From positions 1-56,238 of the forward strand of contig JAMCRC010000025.1 of the NCBI GenBank assembly GCA_023380415.1: a stretch of DNA of 56,238 bases, given 5' to 3'. The stretch is from Patescibacteria group bacterium (GTDB taxonomy: Bacteria; Patescibacteriota; Minisyncoccia; UBA6257; GWB1-50-10). The notes under the pieces are model-generated. The model was not told where the DNA came from. It saw nothing but the letters and a program-made list of their open reading frames with translations, and searched no databases. Below are positions 26,030 through 34,429 of the stretch, piece after piece. Made by a program: the position numbers and the translations under genes. The stretch's first letter is position 1; every line of letters starts with the position of its first letter.

Positions 26030-27241
26030 TTATTTTTTGTTCAGAAAACCCGCCACTACGTCCTTCTCGCTCCAAGGGACCTTATTGCCGGACGCGACGC
26101 GGATATACGATTCGCTTCCCTTGCCGGTGAGCACGACGGTGTCGCCGGGCCTCGCCAAACCAACGGCTCTCCTTATCGCCTCCCTGCGGTCCAAGACCTC
26201 GAAAGTATTTTCCGGCCTCAGGCGCGGTGTTTGCGCGTCCGCAAATCCCGAGCGCAGTTCTTTGATTATTTCCCGATCGTCCTCGTCGAATGGGTCTTCG
26301 CTTGTAAGGACCAGGGCGTCGCAATACCTGGCGGCCACCGCTCCCATTTTCGGCCGCTTCCATTTATCCCGGCCTCCCCCCGCGCTTCCCAATACGGCGA
26401 TGAGCCTGCCCGGCCGGCCGAAGATCTCTTCCGGCCGAACCGACCTATATATCGCCTCAAGCGAATCGGGCGTATGGGCGTAATCGACGACGACCGCGAA
26501 CGGATCCTTTTGGACGAATTCCATTCTCCCCGGTACGCCGCCGAAATCCTCGAACGCCCGGCGGACGGTCTCGGCCGGGACGCCGAACGCCTCGGCTACG
26601 GCCGCGGCCGCCCCGGCATTTTCCCGGTTGAAATCCGACCGGAACCACGGATTCTTGAGCGGCGCATACCCGTCGAATTCCGTTATGCGTCCGCCCGGCA
26701 CCCGCTCGGCGGATCTGATGAACCACGGGGAGTTCGGATCCTTGCGGTTAACGAAAAAGAGGCGTGTTTTCTTCGATGAATGCCTCAGGGACGAGAAGAA
26801 AGCGACCTTGGCCGCCCGATAGTTCTCGAAGGAACCGTGGGACTCGATGTGTTCCGGGGCCAAGTTCAGGAAGACCGCGGCATCCCAATCTATAAAGAGG
26901 TGTCGGTGCTGGGCCACCCCCTGGGAGGTTACCTCGATCACGGCATACGCGCATCCTGCCTGCCGAGCACTATTTAAAAAGGATTGGATGGACCCGCGAC
27001 CGGGCATGCTGTTCCCGGACAAGTTCTTCGCGCGGGAACCTCCGACCATCCGCCAAACGGACGTGAGGAAAGCGACCTTATGGCCGTTCGCCATCAGGGC
27101 CTCGGCGATAAGCTCTACGGTCGTTGATTTTCCTTTGGTCCCGGTCACGCCGATCACGGTAATATGCCGGCTCGGGAAGCCGAACCGCAGGGCGCCGAGA
27201 AACGCCCAAAGCCAGTGATATGCGGAATAAAGGGTCCGCAT
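26030..27241 (-). CDS. murE: MurE-like Mur ligase lacking the usual N-terminal domain
   Basis: GVTGTKGKST, EVTSQG, NLAPEHIESH, PGRME, VDYAHTPD, GGRD..KR and GKGSE motifs. Confidence 0.85.
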   Translation of the reverse strand: MRTLYSAYHWLWAFLGALRFGFPSRHITVIGVTGTKGKSTTVELIAEALMANGHKVAFLTSVWRMVGGSRAKNLSGNSMPGRGSIQSFLNSARQAGCAYAVIEVTSQGVAQHRHLFIDWDAAVFLNLAPEHIESHGSFENYRAAKVAFFSSLRHSSKKTRLFFVNRKDPNSPWFIRSAERVPGGRITEFDGYAPLKNPWFRSDFNRENAGAAAAVAEAFGVPAETVRRAFEDFGGVPGRMEFVQKDPFAVVVDYAHTPDSLEAIYRSVRPEEIFGRPGRLIAVLGSAGGGRDKWKRPKMGAVAARYCDALVLTSEDPFDEDDREIIKELRSGFADAQTPRLRPENTFEVLDRREAIRRAVGLARPGDTVVLTGKGSESYIRVASGNKVPWSEKDVVAGFLNKK

Positions 27242-27242
27242 A

Positions 27243-27824
27243 TCAGGCGCGTCTTCCCATCATCTTCAGGGCTTCCCGGAGGCGCTCTTCAAGCGTCCTT
27301 TTTTCCGCGCCGACCTCGCTTAAGACCTTACGGACGTCGGGGCGATTGTAGCCGAGGCCCACCAGGGCCTCTTCCACTTCGGCGTTCACGCCCATGCTCT
27401 GCGAGAGAGCATTCGCTTTGGGAAGTTTGATGCGATTTTGCAGTTCCAAAACTACCCGGCCGGCCGTTTTTTCACCGATGCCCGGGGCCCGGGATATAAG
27501 GTCGGTCCTTTTCTCGATTATCGCCGCCATTATATTCGGTACCGTATCGAGGTCCAGAATGGCGAGCGCCGTCCGGGGGCCGATGCCGGAGACCGAGTTC
27601 AATAGCTCGAATAGCTTCAGCGCCCCTTCTTCGCGGAAACCGAACAGGTCCAGTGCGTCCTCGCGGACGTAGGTATAGCAATAGACGGTGAGCGGCTCGC
27701 TCATTGCCGGAAGCCCCGCAAGCGTCTGCTTGTTCGTATGGACCTTGAAGCCCACGCCTCCGACGCCGAGGACCAAAAAATTATCGCCGACGGACCTGAG
27801 CTTCCCTTCGAGCATGTAGATCAT
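27243..27824 (-). CDS. ruvA: Holliday junction branch migration protein RuvA
   Basis: GGVGF, VREDALDLFGF, VSGIGPRTA, PGIGEKTA and ALVGLGY motifs. Confidence 0.96.
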   Translation of the reverse strand: MIYMLEGKLRSVGDNFLVLGVGGVGFKVHTNKQTLAGLPAMSEPLTVYCYTYVREDALDLFGFREEGALKLFELLNSVSGIGPRTALAILDLDTVPNIMAAIIEKRTDLISRAPGIGEKTAGRVVLELQNRIKLPKANALSQSMGVNAEVEEALVGLGYNRPDVRKVLSEVGAEKRTLEERLREALKMMGRRA

Positions 27825-27893
27825 TCCCCTTCATTATAGCGGGGTAGCGGTTTGACACCAGACCCGGAAACCCGTAATATACCAATCAATTCA

Positions 27894-28148
27894 ATGCCTA
27901 TCACTCGTTCAGCGAAAAACGCCCTTCGCCAGTCGGTGCGCCGCCGAGGCCGGAACCTGAAGCGCAAGAAACAGCTCACTGACGCTCTCAAGGGCTATCG
28001 GAAAACGCTCGCGGCCGGAAAAAAAGAAGAGGCCGCGAAGTCGCTCATCCAGGTCTATAAGGCCGCCGATAAGCTCGCCAAAACCGGCGTCATCCACAAG
28101 AACCGCGCGAACCGGATCAAGTCCAGGCTGGCGAAAAAACTGAAGTAG
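27894..28148 (+). CDS. rpsT: 30S ribosomal protein S20
   Basis: MPITRSAK.ALRQ...DK.AK.GVIHKNRANRIKSRL. Confidence 0.95.
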   Translation: MPITRSAKNALRQSVRRRGRNLKRKKQLTDALKGYRKTLAAGKKEEAAKSLIQVYKAADKLAKTGVIHKNRANRIKSRLAKKLK

Positions 28149-28153
28149 GAAAG

Positions 28154-28176
28154 ACCCGCCTCACCGGCGGGTTTTT
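28154..28176 (+). terminator. rpsT terminator
   Basis: ACCCGCC/GGCGGGT hairpin followed by a T run. Confidence 0.75.
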
Positions 28177-28182
28177 ACTTAA

Positions 28183-28253
28183 AGCGCGCGTCCTGCAAGG
28201 AGGGCGGGCTCGGCAAGCGCGGCCCGGAGCGCCCAACGAGCGGGATATCCGGC
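28183..28253 (+). repeat. 71-nt dispersed structured repeat, copy 2
   Basis: Shares CTGCrAGGAG...GCGGCCCGGAGCGCyCrACGAGCrGGATATsCGGC with copy 1. Confidence 0.75.
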
Positions 28254-28254
28254 A

Positions 28255-29130
28255 TTATCGTAGGACGAAATCCAATAATGCCTCCTCGTAGTCCAAGCCG
28301 CCGCTTTTGACGCTCGCATCGTAGTCGGCCAAGCGGACCGCATCGCCGCCTCGCGCCATAAACCCCAAGGAGTTGAACACGTAGGCCGCCGCTTCCTTTT
28401 GGAGGAAGAGCTTCTCGAGAAGCTTCATTCTATCCGTCCGATTCCTGGCCCACATTATGGCCCGCGCGCCTTCAAAGACAGCCGTCTTCGAAGACCATTC
28501 GATGACGGGCTCGATCGACTTGGCCGCGATCGGCTGAGGAAGGTCCATTAAAGACAATTTCTCTATCTCGTTTACGGCGTTCCAACTCGCATCCGGAGCG
28601 CTTTCCAGAAAACCCAGAAAAAACCTCAGGGCTTCCGGCGAAAAAGAGATGGCGTGCGCCTCGGACTCCGCCGCGACGAAACGCCGCAGGCCTTCGCCCG
28701 CAAGCTCATCAAATGTCGACGAGCGGACCGGTTTTTTCAAAAGAAAATCGAAGGCCTTGAGCGGCTTACCGGAGTCGGATAAGAAAACGAATATTTTCGG
28801 CTCTTCGGCGTACTTTTTAAGCACGCCGGCCCATTGCTTCCTCCAAGCCGCCGCGCCCTTCACGTCCCTTTCCTCACCCTCCGCTCCGTCGGCACTCTTT
28901 TTCGACGCCTTGTCAGAGCAAGTGCCCTCACGAGCGACCAAGACCTTGCTCGGAGTGAACATAGACGGCTGGCTCAGGAAATCGCGCGCCTTTTCCCAGG
29001 CCTCCTGGTCCTCGATGAAATCTACGTCCAGGAAGTCGGCTGCCGGGTACTTCTTGAAATAGTCGGCCAAAAGTTCCCGCAGCTTCATTTTGCGACGATA
29101 GGAATCGGGGCCGTAAAGATGGATGATCAT
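28255..29130 (-). CDS. holA: DNA polymerase III delta subunit-like
   Basis: MIIHLYGPDSY, SMF...KVLV and NEIEKL motifs; ATGA coupling to mutM. Confidence 0.8.
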   Translation of the reverse strand: MIIHLYGPDSYRRKMKLRELLADYFKKYPAADFLDVDFIEDQEAWEKARDFLSQPSMFTPSKVLVAREGTCSDKASKKSADGAEGEERDVKGAAAWRKQWAGVLKKYAEEPKIFVFLSDSGKPLKAFDFLLKKPVRSSTFDELAGEGLRRFVAAESEAHAISFSPEALRFFLGFLESAPDASWNAVNEIEKLSLMDLPQPIAAKSIEPVIEWSSKTAVFEGARAIMWARNRTDRMKLLEKLFLQKEAAAYVFNSLGFMARGGDAVRLADYDASVKSGGLDYEEALLDFVLR

Positions 29131-30047
29131 TTGGGCTTTTGGCAATGCGGACAAAAATGAGCCGAGCGTTGGCCTATCTTCATCCGCTTAATGGTACTCC
29201 CGCAACGCGGGCACTTGCCACCCTCGCGGCCGTATGCCCGGCGAACCAGCTGATACCGGCCCTCGCGGCCGGAAGAATCGCGGAAATCGTCCACGGACGA
29301 GCCACGAAGACGGATGGCTTCTTTGAGGACCCGGCGCATCGATCTATAGAGCCGCCCCAGCTCGGCCGGCGTCAGACCGGCTGCGCTCCGGGCGGGATGT
29401 ATGCGCGCGAACCACAACGACTCATCGGCGTATATGTTGCCGAGACCGCTCAAGAAGCTCTGGTCCAAAAGAAGGGGCTTGATCTTCGTCTTCTTGCCGG
29501 CAATGATCGTTTTGAAATCTTTCAAAGTGAAGTTCTCGGCGATCGGCTCGGGGCCCAATCCGATCAGTCCGGCCAGGTTCGAGATCTCATCTTCCGGTCC
29601 GGCCACCACCTTGGCGAAACGGCGGAGGTCGGAGAGAGCGAGCATGCGGCCGTCCTTTAGGAAGAAAATGAGGCGGATAAAGCGGTTACGATCGTGGCCC
29701 AATGGCCCGCTCACGTTATCCGGAACCCATTTCTGGCCCGCCCAGACATCTTTTTTCGTGCTTTGTATTTTGTACTTGGCTTTTGGCATCCAACGGCCGA
29801 CCAGAAAATGACCGGTCATTTTTTGATGAGCGAGCATGGCGTACCCGCCCGAGAGGTGGAAGATAACGTTCTTGCCCCGCCGGCCGACGGAAATTATCCG
29901 CCGTCCCCCGATCGTCCGCCTGAAGGCGGCTTCTGTCTGGGGCCGGAAATATTTCGGCCAATCGGTCCAAATATCCACAATGGTGCTTCCCCTGACCTTT
30001 CTCTGAAGGTCTGTTGCGATCGTGTGGACCTCGGGGAGTTCTGGCAT
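29127..30047 (-). CDS. mutM: Formamidopyrimidine-DNA glycosylase
   Basis: MPELPEV, RRGK, H..MTG, D.RRF, LLDQ, GLGNIYADE and a C-terminal zinc finger. Confidence 0.97.
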   Translation of the reverse strand: MPELPEVHTIATDLQRKVRGSTIVDIWTDWPKYFRPQTEAAFRRTIGGRRIISVGRRGKNVIFHLSGGYAMLAHQKMTGHFLVGRWMPKAKYKIQSTKKDVWAGQKWVPDNVSGPLGHDRNRFIRLIFFLKDGRMLALSDLRRFAKVVAGPEDEISNLAGLIGLGPEPIAENFTLKDFKTIIAGKKTKIKPLLLDQSFLSGLGNIYADESLWFARIHPARSAAGLTPAELGRLYRSMRRVLKEAIRLRGSSVDDFRDSSGREGRYQLVRRAYGREGGKCPRCGSTIKRMKIGQRSAHFCPHCQKPK

Positions 30048-30063
30048 TGATTAATTCTCCGAT

Positions 30064-30102
30064 AAAAAACGGGCCGCAGCAAGGAATGGTTCCTTGTGCG
30101 GC
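30064..30102 (-). terminator. Intrinsic terminator
   Basis: Minus-strand hairpin GGCCGCACAAGGAA/TTCCTTGCTGCGGCC followed by TTTTT. Confidence 0.65.
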
Positions 30103-30108
30103 CACGGG

Positions 30109-30852
30109 TCAATATTTGAACCCCGGCGGGGTTGCAAATAACTGGATCGCATACGGCCCGCTGTTATACAGATCCACGCGGCCGAGATTCCGCCGCGACA
30201 AGATCGCACCGCGGTCGTTGAGATAATCGACACTAATGGTATAAGAGACGGTGTAAGGGCGATATCCCACGAGCTCCTCCTTGGCATAGAATCCTCCCGG
30301 TCTCACCCAAGTCCTTTTGACGCTCCAGGGTTCGGCTACCATGCCGGGATAAACTATCACGCAAGCGTCGTGGCGGGTGAAGTTCGGTATCTGCACTACG
30401 ACCGTTGTCCGGTTGGGCATATCCGGGAACTCTATCGTCCGAACACTCCCAAAGCTGGCTTGTGAACTGTAATATCGGCACGTGCCGTCGGGGAGATAAA
30501 CGGTGCCGATCGTCCATTTGTGGAACTGCCCGTTTCTCAGATAGGCGGTAGCCAGAGCCATCCCCACATAATGCGCGCATGCCTCATCCGAATACATCGG
30601 CACCACCAAAGCCAGGGCGGAATAACCCAGCCAGAGATATTTCTCTCCGTAGACGGCCTCGTTCGGACGGATAATGCACAAAGGGTGAACCGTATCAGCT
30701 TGGGCGAATATCTTTCCGAAAAAAGGCGTCGGATTGTCTATTTCGAGCCTTGCCGGGTCCAATCGGGCGTCCGTCACGACCCGGATCGGGCTGAAGTAGA
30801 TGCAGCCGCCGAAGATCGCGGCCAGTATCAGCGGGATGATTCTTGTTTTCAA
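30109..30852 (-). CDS. Hypothetical exported protein, possible lipoprotein
   Basis: TTG start, SD AAGGAGG, promoter TTGACA-18-TATAAT, and a signal-like N-terminus MKTRIIPLILAAIFGGC. Confidence 0.65.
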   Translation of the reverse strand: MKTRIIPLILAAIFGGCIYFSPIRVVTDARLDPARLEIDNPTPFFGKIFAQADTVHPLCIIRPNEAVYGEKYLWLGYSALALVVPMYSDEACAHYVGMALATAYLRNGQFHKWTIGTVYLPDGTCRYYSSQASFGSVRTIEFPDMPNRTTVVVQIPNFTRHDACVIVYPGMVAEPWSVKRTWVRPGGFYAKEELVGYRPYTVSYTISVDYLNDRGAILSRRNLGRVDLYNSGPYAIQLFATPPGFKY

Positions 30853-30964
30853 TCTAGCCTCCTTGTTATGCTCGCAAAATTATACGTCTAAATAAGCGGT
30901 ATTGTCAATGAACGACATCGCGGACAGTGGGAGTGGAGCCGTGATTAAGCTATAATTACGTCAG

Positions 30965-32632
30965 ATGACACCTAATCCGAATCTCGAGGAGCAGCTCCAA
31001 AAACAGCGCCGCCTGGCCGAGGAGGAGGACGCCAAGCGCCGGGCCCAAAAACTGGGACTACCCTATCTAGACCTGATATCCACCCGCGTGCCGACCGAGA
31101 TCAAGGCCATGGCCCTGGTCCCGGAAGAACGGGCCAAATCCGCCCTTCTTTGCCCTTTGCAGCTCATCAAGACATCTCTTATGGTGGCGGCCTTCGACCC
31201 GGAGCGGCCGGAATCAAAAGCGATCATCGACGAACTTAAAAGCGGCCACGATGTGAAAGTGGTCGTTTCATCCCTTACGGGGTTGAAGCACGCCTGGAGC
31301 TATTACCAGTACATCGTTCCCCAGAAAGAGATCAGCGGACGCGTGGAGATAGATCAGGGCGAGCTTAAGAAGATGAGCGAAGAGGTGAAAAGCCTGGACG
31401 CGCTCCATAAGGCCCTCGCCGAATTCCAAAGCCCTTACGTCTCTCAAGTGCTCGAGATCGTCCTCGGCGGCGCAATGGCGTTGGGCGCATCGGACATCCA
31501 TCTCGAGCCGGCCGAAAAGGCGGGCCTGCTGCGCCTCCGCATCGACGGATTGCTCCACGGAGTTTACGACGCCTTTGAGCCGCACATGTACCAATCAATC
31601 GTGACCAGGGTCAAACTCCTTTCGGGACTGAAGTTGAACGTGAAGGACGAGGCCCAGGACGGCCGGTTCACCATTGCGCTCGCGGACCGCTCGATCGAGA
31701 TCCGGACGTCGATCATACCCTCCGAGTACGGCGAGACGGCCGTGCTTCGGTTGCTCGACCCCAGATCGCTCAAAGTGAACCTCGAAGAGCTCGGTTGGCG
31801 CGGCGACGACCTCGCGATAGCCGAGGCCGAGCTCAAGAAGCCGAATGGCCTCATTTTGAACACCGGCCCCACCGGCTCCGGAAAAACGACGACGCTCTAC
31901 GCCTTCCTGCGCCACGCCCAAAGACCGGAGCTCAAGATCATAACTATCGAGGACCCGATCGAATATCATTTGCCCGGCATTTCCCAGACCCAAGTGGACG
32001 CCGAGGCCGGCTATACTTTCGCGGACGGATTGCGTTCTATTTTGAGGCAAGATCCCAATATCATCCTCGTCGGAGAGATCCGCGACAAGGAAACGGCCGA
32101 GATCGCCTTGAACGCGTCCCTAACCGGCCACCTGGTTTTCTCGACCCTCCACACGAACGATGCCGTCGGCGCGATACCGCGCCTCATGGACCTGAAGATC
32201 CAATCGAACATCCTGGGTCCGGCCCTGAGCTTGGTGATCGCTCAACGCCTGGTCCGGGTCCTCTGCCCGAAATGCAAGGCCGTTGATGAAAGCGCTGCTG
32301 GTTTAGGAGATAAAATAAAGGGATTCGTGGCCGGACTGCCGGATCGCGTTAAAAAAGAGGATTACTCCGCGCCGAAGATATACAAGGCCGTGGGGTGCGA
32401 CGCTTGCGGCGGAATCGGCTACAAAGGACGCACATCCATCTTCGAACTTTTCCAGATAACGGAAGGGGTCGAGGAGGCGATATATAAAAACCCGACCGAG
32501 ATCGAGCTTAAGGGCTTGGCAAAAGGCCAGGGAATGGTTACGATGCAAGAGGATGGTCTCCTTAAGGCGCTCCACGGGGTCACTAGCTTAGAAGAAGTGG
32601 AACGTCTCACGGGACCGATCGAATGGGCGTGA
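30965..32632 (+). CDS. GspE/PulE/PilB family pilus assembly ATPase
   Basis: ASDIHLEP, QDGRF, GPTGSGKTTT, EDPIE, LRQDP, GEIRD, TGHLVFSTLHTN and two CxxC motifs. Confidence 0.95.
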   Translation: MTPNPNLEEQLQKQRRLAEEEDAKRRAQKLGLPYLDLISTRVPTEIKAMALVPEERAKSALLCPLQLIKTSLMVAAFDPERPESKAIIDELKSGHDVKVVVSSLTGLKHAWSYYQYIVPQKEISGRVEIDQGELKKMSEEVKSLDALHKALAEFQSPYVSQVLEIVLGGAMALGASDIHLEPAEKAGLLRLRIDGLLHGVYDAFEPHMYQSIVTRVKLLSGLKLNVKDEAQDGRFTIALADRSIEIRTSIIPSEYGETAVLRLLDPRSLKVNLEELGWRGDDLAIAEAELKKPNGLILNTGPTGSGKTTTLYAFLRHAQRPELKIITIEDPIEYHLPGISQTQVDAEAGYTFADGLRSILRQDPNIILVGEIRDKETAEIALNASLTGHLVFSTLHTNDAVGAIPRLMDLKIQSNILGPALSLVIAQRLVRVLCPKCKAVDESAAGLGDKIKGFVAGLPDRVKKEDYSAPKIYKAVGCDACGGIGYKGRTSIFELFQITEGVEEAIYKNPTEIELKGLAKGQGMVTMQEDGLLKALHGVTSLEEVERLTGPIEWA

Positions 32633-32789
32633 AAAAATAAAAAAGCCATCCCGAAGGGAGATCTGTGAGCATTTTTGCCAATGGTGGAGGCGAAATTAAG
32701 ATCTCTCCGAGGAATTGCCCAGCCGAAACCAAGCAACCCGAAGCTGGGAGAAATCTCTTTGCTCACAGGTCTCCATTAAGGATGACGGC
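32631..32789 (-). ncRNA. Candidate stand-alone structured ncRNA (about 150 nt)
   Basis: Own promoter, extensive long-range pairing and a 3' T tract (see findings). Confidence 0.6.
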
Positions 32790-32793
32790 GACC

Positions 32794-32822
32794 ATTCTAG
32801 CATAATGGGTTTCAAATGTCAA
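32794..32822 (-). promoter_or_regulatory. Near-consensus sigma70 promoter
   Basis: TTGACA (32822-32817), 17-nt spacer, TAGAAT (32799-32794) with TG extension. Confidence 0.7.
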
Positions 32823-32861
32823 CCCCGCATCTCTGGTGGCGATTTCGATGTATAATCTCGA

Positions 32862-33866
32862 ATGAGTATGCCCAAAAAAGCGCCTGAAATCTCGACCGAA
32901 GAAGGGGCCTTGGAGGCCCTCCGCCCCCAACGGTTCGAAGACTATATCGGCCAAACCAAGATCAAGACGAACCTCCAGCTGATCATTGATGCCGCCAAGG
33001 GCCGCGGCGAAGCCTGCGACCATCTCCTCTTCTACGGCCAGGCCGGATTAGGGAAAACCACGCTCGCTTACATCATCGGCCGCGAGATGAACGTGAATGT
33101 CCGCTCCACCTCCGGTCCGGCCATCGAGAAAGCTGGCGATATGGCGGCTCTGCTTTCGAATCTCGAAGCCAACGAAGTCCTTTTCATAGACGAGATCCAT
33201 CGTCTGAACAAGCTTGCCGAGGAGATCCTTTACCCGGCGCTCGAGAGCCGCAAGCTTCATCTCATCGTCGGCAAGGGGCCGTCCGCTCGCACCTTCACCC
33301 TCGACCTTCCGCCCATCACCGTGATCGGCGCCACGACCAAAGTGAATATGCTTTCGGCACCGCTCCGCTCGCGGTTCGGCGCCACCTTCCGCCTCGAATA
33401 CTACCAGCACGAGGACATCGAGCGGATCATCGCCCGTTCCGCGAAGATACTCGGCGTCGCGATAACGCCGGAGGCGGCCCGGGCGCTCGCTCGCGCTTCC
33501 CGCTTCACTCCCCGCATCGCGAACCGCCTCCTGAAACGCGCCCGCGACTACGCACAGGTCTACAAAAAACGGTCCATCGACGACGAGGTGGTCAAGGCGA
33601 CGCTCGACATGCTCGAAATAGACGATCTTGGCCTCGATGAGACCGATCGCGAGCTCCTGCGGATCATCGTTTCCAAATTCAACGGCGGTCCGGTGGGCCT
33701 CAAGACACTGGCTGCGGCCCTGAACGAGGATATGGAGACCATCGAAGAGGTTTATGAGCCGTTCTTGATGAAACTGGGGCTTTTGAACCGCACCTCCCTG
33801 GGCCGTATGGCGACTCCCCTAGCCTACGAGCATCTCGGATTGCAGCGCGATAAGAAGCTTATTTGA
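32862..33866 (+). CDS. ruvB: Holliday junction branch migration helicase RuvB
   Basis: LRP..F.DYIGQ, GLGKTTLA, FIDEIHRL, GATT, TPRIANRLL and GGPVG motifs. Confidence 0.97.
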   Translation: MSMPKKAPEISTEEGALEALRPQRFEDYIGQTKIKTNLQLIIDAAKGRGEACDHLLFYGQAGLGKTTLAYIIGREMNVNVRSTSGPAIEKAGDMAALLSNLEANEVLFIDEIHRLNKLAEEILYPALESRKLHLIVGKGPSARTFTLDLPPITVIGATTKVNMLSAPLRSRFGATFRLEYYQHEDIERIIARSAKILGVAITPEAARALARASRFTPRIANRLLKRARDYAQVYKKRSIDDEVVKATLDMLEIDDLGLDETDRELLRIIVSKFNGGPVGLKTLAAALNEDMETIEEVYEPFLMKLGLLNRTSLGRMATPLAYEHLGLQRDKKLI

Positions 33867-33873
33867 ACGCGGC

Positions 33874-34326
33874 ATGATGAAGTACCGAACGGATTCGGCC
33901 GAAAAGACCAGAAGCATCGCCGCCGCACTGGCGGCGACGCTCGACGGCCGGTCGCCTCATCCCCTCGTGATCGGTCTCGACGGCGACCTCGGATCCGGCA
34001 AGACCACTTTTATCCAGGGCTTCGCCAGGGCCATCGGCATAAAGCGCCGGCTGCTTTCCCCCACTTTCCTTCTTATGCGCTCGTACCCCATTCCGAAACC
34101 GCTGGCGAGATACGGCAGGCTCTATCATTTGGACGCTTACCGCTTCAAACGGGCGGAAGAGACCGAGTCCGTCGCCTTGAAGGATGTCCTTCGTGATCCA
34201 CGAAACATCGTCATTATCGAATGGGCGGGGAACATAAAAAGCGTTCTTCCCCGAGACGCTATCCGGATGAAGTTCGAGCACGGCCGCCACGAACACGAAA
34301 GGTACATAGAGGTGAAGATGAAATGA
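33874..34326 (+). CDS. tsaE: tRNA t6A biosynthesis protein TsaE
   Basis: GDLGSGKTTF, SPTF, H.D.YR and IEW motifs. Confidence 0.95.
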   Translation: MMKYRTDSAEKTRSIAAALAATLDGRSPHPLVIGLDGDLGSGKTTFIQGFARAIGIKRRLLSPTFLLMRSYPIPKPLARYGRLYHLDAYRFKRAEETESVALKDVLRDPRNIVIIEWAGNIKSVLPRDAIRMKFEHGRHEHERYIEVKMK

Positions 34327-34341
34327 GCCAGCGGGTGCCGC

Positions 34342-34412
34342 GCCATGCATCCCGTGATAGAACCGGCGTTCGGGCAAGCGCCCCGGGGCGGTCTCCGAAC
34401 GGAGTATGTGGC
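34342..34412 (+). repeat. 71-nt dispersed structured repeat, copy 3 (divergent)
   Basis: Same length as the other copies, terminal GCC...GGC stem, and apical GGGC-AAGC-GCCC at the same positions as GGCC-TAGC-GGCC in copy 1. Confidence 0.6.
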
Positions 34413-34429
34413 ACGGAAAATGTATTTTC

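Noticed and set aside
32700..32750. SRP RNA or c-di-GMP riboswitch
   Set aside because: The SRP CAGG-GNRA-AGCA arrangement and the GEMM consensus are not matched on either strand.
13991..34412. CRISPR interpretation of the repeats
   Set aside because: The copies are kilobases apart, with no spacer array and no cas genes; no CRISPR array was seen anywhere in the window.
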